A stretch of DNA of 64,000 nt from Macrostomum hystrix. Taxonomy: Eukaryota; Animalia; Platyhelminthes. Each line of letters begins with the position of its first letter. Within the stretch, counting starts at the first letter, position 1. Made by a program: the position numbers and the translations under genes. Of this stretch, positions 12,201 through 26,200 are shown piece after piece. Below the pieces are notes generated by a model. That model was given only the letters and a program-made list of their open reading frames with translations. It did not search any database and was not told where the DNA came from. Where the stretch lies: the NCBI GenBank assembly GCA_950097015.1, contig CATNEN010000003.1, positions 2,666,001-2,730,000 of the forward strand. The letters run 5' to 3'.

Positions 12201-15200
12201 CATTTTTTAATCAAGAAATTGCCGGCACTCTCACTGCATTACCCATACTGCCTGAGGAATCTCAGCGATTCAATTAGATTTTACTGCGTTTTTTTTTTGA
12301 TGGGGAAAAGTGTGAAGATAGAAAAACTCCAGGTATTTGGGGTCAGAGGTGGGCATTCTGGACAAGAGGAGTGGATTTTGGATCGGAGCAGGGGATATAG
12401 GATCAAATATGGGATTTTGGATTCGAGGTGGGGATTAGGGATCAAAGATAATGATTTGGGATCGGAGGTGGGTATTTGGGATCAAAGATGGAGATTTGGG
12501 ATCAGAGGTGGCGATTTAGGATCGGAGGTGGGGATTTGGGATCAAAGATAGAGATTTGGGATCGGAGGTGGCGATTTAGGATCGGAGGTGGTGTTTTAGG
12601 ATCGGAGGTGGGGATTTGGGATCAAAGATGGGGATTTAGGATCGGAGGTGGGGATTTAGGATCGGAGGTGGGGATTTGGGATCAAAGATGGGGATTTAGG
12701 ATCGGAGGTGGGGATTTAGGATCGGAGGTGTGGATTTGGGATCAAAGACGGGGATTTGGGATCGGAGGTGGGATTTGGGATCGGAGGTGGGGATTTGGGA
12801 TCAAAGATGGGGATTTGGGATCGGAGGTGGGGATTTTGGATTAAATGAGATTGACCACAATCATACTACAACTAGCTTCGAAGTTAACAATTTAAAAATG
12901 TGATTTTCAGGTTGGGATAAATAAAACGGGGAACTTAACACTTCTGACCGGTGGGCGTGGGTGAATTCCCGTGTCCTAAAGAATTTTCGAGCCCTTCGTA
13001 AAAAGCAGCAAAAGCTGGTCACACGATTTCGGTAAGAATTTCAATTTTAACAACCTTTGCTGCAGATTTCCACAGTCGAGCAAGCCAATATAGGGGGACA
13101 TTGTGCGACAGGAAGCGACAAGGACGCTGCAGCGCACGACAAGAGAGAGGGAAGCCGATGGGTTAAGAAGACTGAAGCCGAAGACTGGCGAATAAATTAA
13201 AATAGAGGACGGGGCAGAAGGACTAGGGGTAGGTCAATACAGAAGCAGCATTGCTGAGAGACACATGCTCACAGAGCGACCTTGCGAAAGTTCGACAATT
13301 AATCAGAGACTGAATGAGAGTCGGCGAAGTGCCCCCACCCCATCCAGCCTCCTCTGCTTCATCCACTCCATCCAACCGACCTCCATTTTATTTCTAAGGG
13401 AGTGCACTCGACTTCGTGTTTAACCCTAGTAGCTTTACAACCTTTTCCATATGAGGCTAGGAGGCTGGCAGAGTAGGTTAGTGGGGAGAATCGTCCCCTA
13501 TGTGTCTCTGCCCGACCCACTCCTGCACTTGAACCCGTTGAGCAATCAATCTTGGGAACAACAGAAAAAAATTGATGCTAGAGGATTTCAAAAATAGTAG
13601 CTGCTGCTGCTGCTTAAGCCTCAACTGCCGTTGATGAAAAGAAACATCTACTTTCTCTGAAATGCGAAACGGCAGTTACATGGGGGAAATAGGGATAATG
13701 TGCGCAACATATACACCATCTAATCAGTATTTCTTATCTGGCCTGAAAAATGATACCCAAGTACAAGAATATATTCCAGGAAACCGGCTTTTCTAAAATA
13801 ACTCATCCCTTGTAGCTCAAGTCAAAGGCCGATTAAAGGTCCAGTCATTTTTTCTGCCACATTTTGCAAAGGAATATCAAACGATTTCGTTTGAAAGTCA
13901 AGTGAGGACAAAGATAAAATATGTTAGAGCGAGAGGAAGGTGATGTAGCAGGCATAGTGCCTTTGAGAATCAGTAATCCTTTGCACTGCTATAGTCTGTT
14001 GTCTAAAGGAAAATGAATCTCAGAATTGGCTTCATTGATGAATTTCTTTTAGTCACGTTGGGTATGACAAGCTATTCCATTTTGTTCCTTCACCCACTGA
14101 GAGGCTAGACTAGCAATCCATTCTGTTCCTTCACCCACTGAGAGGCTAGACTAGCAATCCATTCTGTTCCTTCACCCACTGAGAGGCTAGACTAGCAATC
14201 CATTCTGTTCCTTCATCCACTGAGAGGCTAGACTAGCAATCCATTCTGTTCCTTCATCCACTGAGAGGCTAGACTAGCAATCCATTCTGTTCCTTCATCC
14301 ACTGAGAGGCTAGACTAGCAATCCATTCTGTTCCTTCACCCACTGAGAGGCTAGACTAGCAATCCATTCTGTTCCTTCACCCACTGACAGGCTAGACTAG
14401 CAATCCATTCTGTTCCTTCATCCACTGAGAGGCTAGACTAGCAATCCATTCTGTTCCTTCACCCACTGAGAGGCTAGACTAGCAATCCATTCTGTTCCTT
14501 CATCCACTGAGAGGCTAGACTAGCAATCCATTCTGTTCCTTCACCCACTGAGAGGCTAGACTAGCAATCCATTCTGTTCCTTCATCCACTGAGAGGCTAG
14601 ACTAGCAATCCATTCTGTTCCTTCATCCACTGAGAGGCTAGACTAGCAATCCATTCTGTTCCTTCATCCACTGAGAGGCTAGACTAGCAATCCATTCTGT
14701 TCCTTCATCTACTGAGAGGCTAGACTAGCAATCCATTCTGTTCCTTCATCCACTGAGAGGCTAGACTAGCAATCCATTCTGTTCCTTCATCCACTGAGAG
14801 GCTAGACTAGCAATCCATTCTGTTCCTTCATCCACTGAGAGGCTAGACTAGCAATCCATTCTGTTCCTTCATCCACTGAGAGGCTAGACTAGCAATCCAT
14901 TCTGTTCCTTCATCCACTGAGAGGCTAGACTAGCAATCCATTTTGTTCCTTCATCTACTGAGAGGCTAGACTAGCAATCCATTCTGTTCCTTCATCCACT
15001 GAGAGGCTAGACTAGCAATCCATTCTGTTCCTTCACCCACTGAGAGGCTAGACTAGGCAAATTCAAAGGCAAAACATTTTGAATAGCCTTCGGGCAAGGA
15101 TGAACGGATGGCTGAAGGCTGAGATAAGGAGCAGAGAGTTTGAGAACAGTTTGAGCAGGCCAAGCGGAATGGGATAATGGTGGGCAAGCCGGGGGAGATC

Positions 15201-18200
15201 ATATCCCCAAAGGGCAGCTTTTTGATCTCGGGATAAAAAACGCAGCTAGCGGGTGAATTAGAATTTCAAATGCAACAGTCGCTGTGGCTAGGACCCACCC
15301 CAGCCCAAACCGCTGGGATTCGGGTGGGGAATTTGTACAGTATAATATTTATATAAATGCACAAAAAAACAAAATCCATAATCGACTTTTCTAGTCGACC
15401 TACAGCCAGAGATGACAGAAGAGCCTGACAGACTGTCCGCATTTTGAGTCCGTTTTGGTGTCTACAATTTTTTTCCTCAGCAACTGCCAGAAGCAAAATT
15501 TGGCCAACATTTGCCACAGAAACAGATGTGGGATGTGAGCAGTACCGGGCGAATTCGGAATTGGGAAGTGGAATTCTGGGGAAACGAGAAAGTGTACTAA
15601 CAGATAAGAACAGGGGAGAGAAGGAACAGGGGAGAGAAGGAACAGGAGAGAGAAGGAACAGGGGAGAGAAGGAACAGGGGAGAGAAGGAACAGGAGAGAG
15701 AAGGAACAGGGGAGAGAAGGAACAGGGGAGAGGAGGAACAGGGGAGAGGAGGAACAGGGGAGAGGAGGAACAGGGGAGAGAAGGAACAGGGGAGAGAAGG
15801 AACAGGAGAGAGGAGGAACAGGGGAGAGAAGGAACAGGGGAGAGAAGGAACAGGGGAGAGAAGGAACAGGGGAGAGGAGGAACAGGGGAGAGAAGGAACC
15901 GGGGAGAGAAGGAACAGGGGAGAGAAGGAACAGGGGAGAGGAGGAACAGGGGAGAGGAGGAACAGGGGAGAGGAGGAACAGGGGAGAGAAGGAAAAGGGG
16001 AGAGAAGGAACAGGGGAGAGAAGGAACAGGGGAGAGAAGGAACAGGGAGAGGAGGAACAGGGGAGAGGAGGAACAGGGGAGAGGAGGAACAGGGGAGAGA
16101 AGGAACAGGGGAGAGAAGGAACAGGGGAGAGGAGGAACAGGGGAGAGAAGGAACAGGGGAGAGGAGGAACAGGGGAGAGAAGGAACAGGGGAGAGAAGGA
16201 ACAGGGGAGAGGAGGAACAGGGGAGAGGAGGAACAGGGGAGAGAAGGAACAGGGGAGAGAAGGAACAGGGGAGAGGAGGAACAGGGGAGAGAAGGAACAG
16301 GGGAGAGGAGGAACAGGGGAGAGAAGGAACAGGGGAGAGAAGGAACAGGGGAGAGAGGAACAGGGGAGAGGAGGAACAGGGGAGAGAAGGAACAGGGGAG
16401 AGGAGGAACAGGGAAGAGAAGGAACAGGGGAGAGGAGGAACAGGGAAGAGAAGGAACAGGGGAGAGAAGGAACAGGGGAGAGAAGGAACAGGGGAGAGAG
16501 GAACAGGGGAGAGAAGGAACCGGGCAGAAGTACTCACCATGGCGATGAGTGGCAGTCGAATTGGCTGTTCTGTTGCTAAGGGCAGTGCTATGACGGGGCT
16601 GCAGATGTCCTGGTATCTTCGCTTCATAACCATTAGCAGCGTTGGCTAGATTTTTTGGCTGTCATTGAAGACTTTTTCCAAGCAATCAAGCAAGTGGTCA
16701 AATAGGCTGTTCTCTTCAATATTGTTCCAAATTAAAATTTGAGTTCAATCAACTAAAAAATTTTTAGTTTAACTTAACGCTGTTAAGTTAAATAGATGAA
16801 ACAGGTCTTTGTGTTTGTTCCAATCCAGTTTACAGTGTTTAGACATTGCAGTGCAATGAGTAATATGCAGTCTGTTCTCTTGAGTGGGTGTCATTGGGCC
16901 ATGCTAGCCAATAGCATTGCAGCAAGATTTCGATTGGATGTTTAATGTAAAACAAGCCTGAAATTTCTATGGAAAATTTTAAAATATTCTCTAGATGGAT
17001 TTGAAGGATTCTCTAGATGGATTTAGAATATTCCCTAGATGGATTTGAAGGATTCTCTAGATGGATTTAGAATATTCTCTAGATGGATTTGAAAGATTCC
17101 ATAGATGGATTTGAAAGATTCCATAGATGGATTTAGAATATTCTCTAGATGGATTTGAAGGATTCTCTAGATGGATTTGAAGGATTCTCTAGATGGATTT
17201 AGAATATTATCTAGATGGATTTGAAAGATTCCATAGATGTATTTAGAATATTATCTAGATCAATTTGAAAGATTCTCTAGATCGATGCGATAGATTCTCT
17301 AGATCGATTCGAAATATTCCCTAGATGAATCGCATCGATTAGACAGGCAAACAGCAAAAGATGTTGCAACAAGAGAACTAGCCTTGATAGTTATTCGCAT
17401 CAGTCAAGCAGCAAAGAAGCAGCAAAATGTATGTCACAAGCTAGAGAAGACATTCCTCCAAAAATCGATGGAATGAAAACCAAAGAGAGGAATAATGTAC
17501 CCGAAGCCATGGATACCAGCAGCTTAATTATGATACGAACCATTTCCAGTTGCTGTTTCTACTTTTAGCTGTTCTGAGATTTGGCAGAATAACGAGACAT
17601 CTTGCTGGACCGCAGCTGTTTGGGGAACTATCTAGCTAGCTAGCGTTAAGGGGGATCAAAGAGGTTTCGGGTTCGGGAAAGCAATTACCGAGTTTTCGAT
17701 TGCATTGTGGTGAGTCTGGAAAAAAAACGTCAACTCGGATCTGACAGGGACAAAAAAATATGGATGGCAACTTACACTGGCCTAGTACTGAGTTCAACTG
17801 ACCTCATTAAATTAATATCTGATCTAACAAAGTTGCAATTTAAACTATTATTAATGCTTTTATAAACGCGCATTTAGTTTAATAGAATCCAGTTGTATCT
17901 ACATAAAAATGGATTAATGATTTAGAATCAAGAAGCAATACGAGACATTGCGCTGACAGCCATAAGCCCAACTATGCCATCCAGCATCAGTTGTGCTTAT
18001 TTTTGAAGTTACAATGAGCTCACACGCGAAACGGAAATGCAGGTGGAACTCTCTAGCCCTTAATTAACAGTCATCAATGCACACCCTATCCATAGCCAGG
18101 TCAGTAACGATGACTCCAGCCCCAAAAAATGTCATAAACTAGAATTCTTTGCAGGAAATGTTACAATCATGCGCCGCAAACAATGCTTCAATGGGATTTA

Positions 18201-21200
18201 TAGTTTATCAACTTCCTCATGGAAATTGATTAACACATTCTGAATTAAGATTTCGAAGCTATTATTGTAACGCGCTACTTTTCTTTGGGAAATTCATTTT
18301 TAGAAAAATATCAGTCTCCAATATATTAGGGCGTTTGACACGCGATTAAAGATCACGCGATTATTTCCTGTTTTGTGGCTGTGTCCATCTGAGCTACTAA
18401 AAGTAGTGGACTTCAGAATTAACTTTTTAAATACTTTAATTTACGATCGCGATCTGCAATCTAATAAAAAAGCCTTTTTAAATGCTTGGTGCCATTTTTA
18501 ACATCAAAATCGCCATTTCTAACCTTTAATGTGTCTTTTCTGACATCCAGAGTGCCATTTCTAACATCCAAATTGCCATTTCTATCAACAAAAATGCCAT
18601 TTCTAATATCTAAAGTGCCATGTCTAACATCCAAAGTGCCATTTCTAACATCCAAAGTGCCATTTCTAATATACAAAGTGCCATTTCTAATATACAAAGT
18701 GCCATTTCTAATATACAAAGTGCCATTTCTAATATCCAAAGTGCCATTTCTAATATCCAAAGTGCCATTTCTAATATCCAAAGTGCCATTTCTAATATCC
18801 AAAGTGCCATGTCTAACATCCAAAGTGCCATTTCTAATATACAAAGTGCCATTTCTAATATACAAAGTGCCATTTCTAATATACAAAGTGCCATTTCTAA
18901 TATCCAAAGTGCCATTTCTAATATCCAAAGTGCCATTTCTAATATCCAAAGTGCCATTTCTAATATCCAAAGTGCCATTTCTAATATCTAAAGTGCCATT
19001 TCTAATATCTAAAGTGCCATTTCTAATATCTAAAGTGCCATTTCTAATATCTAAAGTGCCATTTCTAATATCTAAAGTGCCATTTCTAATATCTAAAGTG
19101 CCATTTCTAATATACAAAGTGCCATTTCTAATATACAAAGTGCCATTTCTAACTTACAAATCGCCATTTTCTGAAATGAAAGCCTTACAAAAGCTTAAAT
19201 GCAAACTAAATCAGAATCATTAAAGCAACAGCGGGTTATGCTTAAAAAGCTAAAAGCTACGTCACGTAGACAGACGTAAATTTGACGCAGTTTCGGAACC
19301 ACATTAGCTGCGCAATATTGGCTACAAACTGAAGCCACACCTGAATATTGCGTTTTACAGAACCGTATTTGACAAAGATCAAGCACTGACTCCCTAAACG
19401 GCGCAGTTTATCTGCATTTCACAAGCTAAAAGATTATGCATACACTCCCGTTGTTACTACCAACGAAGGGGTCCAACAGCTTATCGTTAGTAGAAACTTG
19501 ATTTCACTTATGATAAACTTTGCATATCGAATGGTAGATTTCACAAATAAAATCTGCCTAACAATAATTTCTTAGGCAGAAATTTCCGCTCTAGTCTCAC
19601 TCTACCCATCCAGATTAATCTCTAGTCTCACACTCTACCCATCCAGTTGAATCTCTAGTCTCACAGTCTACCCATCCAGTTGAATCTCTAGTCTCACAGT
19701 CTACCCATCCAGCTGAATCTCTAGTCTCACACTCTACCCATCCAGCTGAATCTCTAGTCTCACACTCTACCCATCCAGCTGAATCTCTAGTCTCACACTC
19801 TACCCATCCAGTTGAATCTCTAGTCTCACACTCTACCCATCCAGCTGAATCTCTAGTCTCACAGTCTACCCATCCAGCTGAATCTCTAGTCTCACTCTCT
19901 ACCCATCCAGTTGAATCTCTAGTCTCACACTCTACCCATCCAGCTGAATCTCTAGTCTCACACTCTACCCATCCAGCTGAATCTCTAGTCTCACACTCTA
20001 CCCATCCAGCTGAATCTCTAGTCTCACACTCTACCCATCCAGCTGAATCTCTAGTCTCACAGTCTACCCATCCAGCTGAATCTCTAGTCTCACACTCTAC
20101 ATCAAATTGATCTGAAATAACATCAAATTCTATAGTCAAGCAATGTTCCGTTGGCTGAGCAAAGAGATTGATAGACAAATAAGAGACATTGATAGATAGA
20201 CTGATGAGAAACTGAGAAACCGATAAGAGAGAATGATAGACTGAGCAGAGGGATTGATAGACTGAGCAGAGAGTGATAGACTGAGCAGAGGGATTGATAG
20301 ACTGAGCAGAGAGATTGATAGACTGAGCAGAGAGATTGATAGACTGAGCAGAGAGATTGATAGACTGAGCAGAGAGATTGATAGACTGAGCAGAGAGATT
20401 GATAGACTGAGCAGAGAGATTGATAGACTGAGCAGAGAGATTGATAGACTGAGCAGAGGGATTGATAGACTGAGCAGAGGGATTGATAGACTGAGCAGAG
20501 GGATTGATAGACTGAGCAGAGGGATTGATAGACTGAGCAGAGAGATTGATAGAAAAGAGAGATATATGTATAGATAGAGGAGATAAATCGAAAAAAAAAC
20601 ACAGTGGAGGGTGATAGAGAAAGTGAGAGATCGATAGAGATTCTATTTTACAGTCGCAAAGAAAAAAACTAAAAGTACAAAAATATCTAGGACAGTCCCA
20701 GCCGATTTATAACTAGAGGACAGCAGTAGCTCAGTTCCTGAAAGTATTGTCGTACAGTTCTGGAGAACGATGATGAAGACAGAGAAAGAGACGGGGGTGA
20801 AATCCAACTACCTAACAGCTTTAGCAGTGGTGATGATTGGCAGCCACTTGATTCGGCCCGCAATGTCCCACAATACATTTTATATTAACTATATGGGAGA
20901 GAGGGTGAGAGGAAGGAACTCTTGGTAATCCACAGTAACTTGTGTAAAATGCCTCATCATATGATGAGTTGAATTCAGAAACTTTCCTATATGCGTGACA
21001 TCGCTTGGCGGGTCTCCAGTTACTGCCGCCCAGATGCGCACTAATGACGCGACAGTGTGAAAATCTAGGCTGCTGATGGGGACAACTCATCGCTTTTCCT
21101 TCTTAATCTACCCACCCTCCTCTGACTGTCCCTACCTTATCAGTCTGACTCTCCCTACCTTATCAGTCTGACTGTCCCTACCTTATCAGTCTGACTCTCC

Positions 21201-24200
21201 CTACCTTATCAGTCTGACTGTCCCTACCTTATCAGTCTGACTCTCCCTACCTTATCAGTCTGACTGTCCCTACCTTATCAGTCTGACTCTCCCTACCTTA
21301 TCAGTCTGACTGTCCCTACCTTATCAGTCTGACTCTCCCTACCTTATCAGTCTGACTGTCCCTACCTTATCTTTCTGACTGTCCCTACCTTATCAGTCTG
21401 ACTGTCCCTACCTTATCTGTCTGACTGTCCCTACCTTATCTGTCTGACTGTCCCTACCTTATCTGTCTGACTGTCCCTACCTTATCAGTCTGACTGTCCC
21501 TACCTTATCAGTCTGACTCTCCCTACCTTATCAGTCTGACTGTCCCTACCTTATCTGTCTGACTGTCCCTACCTTATCAGTCTGACTGTCCCTACCTTAT
21601 CTGTCTGACTGTCCCTACCTTATCAGTCTGACTCTCCCTACCTTATCAGTCTGACTGTCCCTACCTTATCTTTCTGACTGTCCCTACCTTATCAGTCTGA
21701 CTGTCCCTACCTTATCTGTCTGACTGTCCCTACCTTATCAGTCTGACTGTCCCTACCTTATCAGTCTGACTCTCCCTACCTTATCTGTCTGACTGTCCCT
21801 ACCTTATCTGTCTGACTGTCCCTACCTTATCTGTCTGACTGTCCCTACCTTATCTGTCTGACTGTCCCTACCTTATCAGTCTGACTCTCCCTACCTTATC
21901 TGTCTGACTGTCCCTACCTTATCTGTCTGACTGTCCCTACCTTATCTGTCTGACTGTCCCTACCTTATCTGTCTGACTGTCCCTACCTTATCAGTCTGAC
22001 TCTCCCTACCTTATCAGTCTGACTGTCCCTACCTTATCAGTCTGACTCTTCCTACCTTATCTGTCTGACTGTCCCTACCTTATCTGTCTGACTCTCCCTA
22101 CCTTATCTGTGTGACTGTCCCTACCTTATCTGTCTGACTGTCCCTACCTTATCTGTCTGACTGTCCCTACCTTATCTGTCTGACTGTCCCTACCTTATCA
22201 GTCTGACTGTCCCTACCTTATCTGTCTGACTCTCCCTACCTTATCTGTGTGACTGTCCCTACCTTATCTGTCTGACTGTCCCTACCTTATCTGTCTGACT
22301 GTCCCTACCTTATCTGTCTGACTGTCCCTACCTTATCTGTCTGACTCTCCCTACCTTATCTGTCTGACTGTCCCTACCTTATCTGTCTGACTCTCCCTAC
22401 CTTATCTGTGTGACTGTCCCTACCTTATCTGTCTGACTGTCCCTACCTTATCTGTCTGACTGTCCCTACCTTATCTGTCTGACTGTCCCTACCTTATCAG
22501 TCTGACTCTCCCTACCTTATCAGTCTGACTCTCCCTACCTTATCTGTCTGACTCTCCCTACCTTATCTGTCTGACTCTCCCTACCTTATCTGTGTGACTG
22601 TCCCTACCTTATCTGTCTGACTGTCCCTACCTTATCTGTCTGACTGTCCCTACCTTATCTGTCTGACTGTCCCTACCTTATCTGTCTGGCTCTCCCTCAT
22701 TTATCTTCTCTTCTTCCTAGTCTGACTAATCTGACTAATTTGTCTCTTATCCCTTGTCTTATCTTCACAGTCTAATAATTTCTACCTTTCTTTCGTCTAG
22801 ACAATTAAATACCAACAGCTTGAAAAGAATTTATACTCATCACCTGATAAATGTCGAACAAAATTGATTAGAGCTACAATTTAATGATCAGGTGGCGAAA
22901 TTAATTTAATTGGTGCTCAACTTAGGCCAAGCTTACCTACTGACAGTATCTTTCTCGCTCTCATCAAAAACCTTTTTTTAATTGTCTCGCTAAATAAATT
23001 TGTGAAATCCCATGCATTTTAACTCGTTGAGAGATCGCAGATAAGGCCATGATTTAATTAATAGTGCGAGCCTTTTAATTTTCATAGCCTAGCAATATCC
23101 GTTAGAGTTGCGACAAATTAAACCGATTTTTTATCAAATCGAAATTTGGCTAATCTTGCATCTTTTATTTTAAAACTGAAAGGTGCTTCAAATACTTTGA
23201 GAAAGACTTTGAGAACAACAAATTCTCTCAGGTGATAATCCTTATGGAATCACGCAAATTAGTGCTACCGATTATACTCTAATCTCCCTTACTCTCTACT
23301 CTCTAATCTCCCTTCATCTCCTCTCTCAAATCTCCATTCATCTCGTCTCTCAAATCTCAATTCATCTTATCTCTCTAATCTCCCTTCATCTCCTCTCTCT
23401 AATCTCCCTTCATCTCCTCTCTCTAATCTCCCTTCATCTCCTCTCTCAAATCTCCCTTCATCTCCTCTCTCTAATCTCCGTTCATCTCCTCTCTCTAATC
23501 TCCATTCATCCCCATTTTTTAATCTCCCATCATCTCCTCTCTCAAATCTCCATTCAACTCCTCTCTCTAATCTCACTTCATCTCGTCTCTCGAATCTCCC
23601 TTCATCTCCTCTCTCTAATCTCACTTCATCTCGTCTCTCAAATCTCCCTTCATCTCCTCTCTCTAATCGCCCTTCATCTCCTCTCTTTAATCTCCCTTTA
23701 TCTCCTCTATCAAATCTCCATTTATCTTATCTCTCTAATCTCCCTTCATCTTATCTATCTAATCTCACTTCATATTATCTATCTAATCTCACTTCATATT
23801 ATCTATCTAATCTCCCTTCATCTTATCTATCTAATCTCACTTCATCTTATCTATCTAATCTCCCTTCATCTCCTCTCTCAAATCTCCATTTATCTTATCT
23901 CTCTAATCTCCCTTCATCTTATCTATCTAATCTCACTTCATCTCCTCTCTCTAATCTCACTTCATCTCCTGTCTCTAATCTCCTTTCATCTTATCCCTCT
24001 AATCTTATGTTTATTTACACACCGGAATTCGGTCCAATTTTTTCTGCTGAAATAAAAAACGATAATTTTTGCTAGCCGTTATTTCCTGCTGCTGATCATT
24101 TCATCCTCCAGTTGCTAGTTCCCCTGATCTCCGGGGAGTTTATCCGCATACCAAATCCTGGTTTGGGAGCGTGTGCTGGAAAAGAAAAAAAACCGGAATA

Positions 24201-26058
24201 TGAAAATATGACCAAATAGTGTGTGAGTAGATCATTTATCATATTCTATTCAGAGACAGCTGCGAAGCTCTATATGTTTGCCTGTTTGAGAGCAAGCAGA
24301 CCAATCTAATTAGTGCTCAAACTGCGTGAGTTTTCGGGTCAATAGCTCGCAACATTGTTCTAACCACCCAGAGAAGCAAAGGCTAAGCAGCGGATTAACA
24401 GCGCGAAACAGAACCAAACAGCAAAATTGCTGACACATTGGCAACCTCAGTTTGTTAGTTTGCGATGTACAGATTCCAGTAATTCTCTCCTTGGTAAACA
24501 GTCCTAATTCCACATTCTAAAATATCTGAAATCATATCCCTAATTCCTAAATCGCTAATCTTTAATCCCGAAAACTAAATCTTCGTTCCAAATCCCAGTT
24601 CCCACATCCATTGATCCTAAATCCCAGTTCCCACATCCATTGATCCTAAATCCCAGTTCCCACATCTATTTATCCTAAATCCCAGTTCCCACATTCATTG
24701 ATCCCAAATCCCAGTTCCCACATCCATTGATCCCAAATCGCAGTTCCCACATCCATTGATCCCAAATCCCAGTTCCCACATCCATTGATCCCAAATCCCA
24801 GTTACCACATCCATTGATCCCAAATCCCAGTTCCCACATCCATTGATCCCAAATCCCAGTTCCCACATCCATTGATCCCAAATCCCAGTTCCCACATTCA
24901 TTGATCCCAAATCCCAGTTCCCACATCCATTGATCCCAAATCCCAGTTCCCACATCCATTGATCCCAAATCCCAGTTACCACATCCATTGATCCCAAATC
25001 CCAGTTCCCACATCCATTGATCCCAAATCCCAGTTCCCACATCCATTGATCCCAAATCCCAGTTCCCACATCCATTGATCCCAAATCCCAGTTCCCACAT
25101 CCATTGATCCCAAATCCCAGTTCCCATATCCATTGATCCCAAATTCAAGTTCCCACATTCATTGATCCCAAATCCCAGTTCCCACATCCATTGATCCCAA
25201 ATCCCAGTTCCCACATCCATTGATCCCAAATCCCAGTTCCCACATCCATTGATCCCAAATCCAAGTTCCCACATTAGATGATCCCAAATCCAAGTTCCCA
25301 CATTCATTGATCCCAAATCCCAGTTCCCAGTTACTTGTGTGTCGATCTTAGGAGAAACTTATTTAAACATATTCTAAAACTAAAAATTGAGGTTAATGAT
25401 TGAAAACACATCAACTGGACGGCTAACCAAGCTGAGAATTGTGAGCCACTATTTTATCTCATCCCTCAGATTGACTAATAAAAGCTTGCATGCTAGAAGT
25501 AATCAGTCAGCCAGTTTGGGATCCATTAGCTAGTGCCCGCCCCAGATCCCATTTATGGGGAATAAGGCGCAGATGAGGGAAGGTGGGGAGAGAGAGACAG
25601 GGTGACAGGTTTGGTCAAGAGCTGAGATTAACATTTTTTAAAGAAACAAAAAGCAAGCTCATCAGGAAATTTGTGAGGCTTCCTCCCTCCCACCCAGGAG
25701 AAGCGATGGCGCAGATTTATCCCCGTCTGCTTTTGACCACGCAGGACAAGGGATAAACATGAGCTGCTTGATTTAAGACACACAGGAGAACCTATCTAGA
25801 CTGGGGATCTGAGAGGTAGACTGGGGGTGAGAGAGGTAGAGTGGGGTCTGAGAGGTAGACTGGGGGTGAGAGAGGTAGACTGGGGATCTGAGAGGTAGAC
25901 TGGGGGTGAGAGAGGTAGACTGGGGGTCTGAGAGGTAGACTGGGGGTCTGAGAGGTAGACTGGGGGTCAGAGGAAGACGGAGCGAGGTCTCACCGGATCC
26001 ATATAGGTGCCGTACAGGATTGCCTTAGGCTGTAGACCTGGATGATATTGAGCTCTGG

Positions 26059-26110
<52 letters not shown>

Positions 26111-26162
26111 ATCTTGAGTCATGTAAGCTTGTGGCGTCTGCAAAATCAACATTTCAGATAGG

Positions 26163-26200
<38 letters not shown>

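Noticed and set aside
14075-15056. CRISPR-like appearance of the 41-bp array (and the 33-36-bp arrays)
   Set aside because: Units are head-to-tail with no unique spacers, there are no cas genes, and the context is eukaryotic and intronic.
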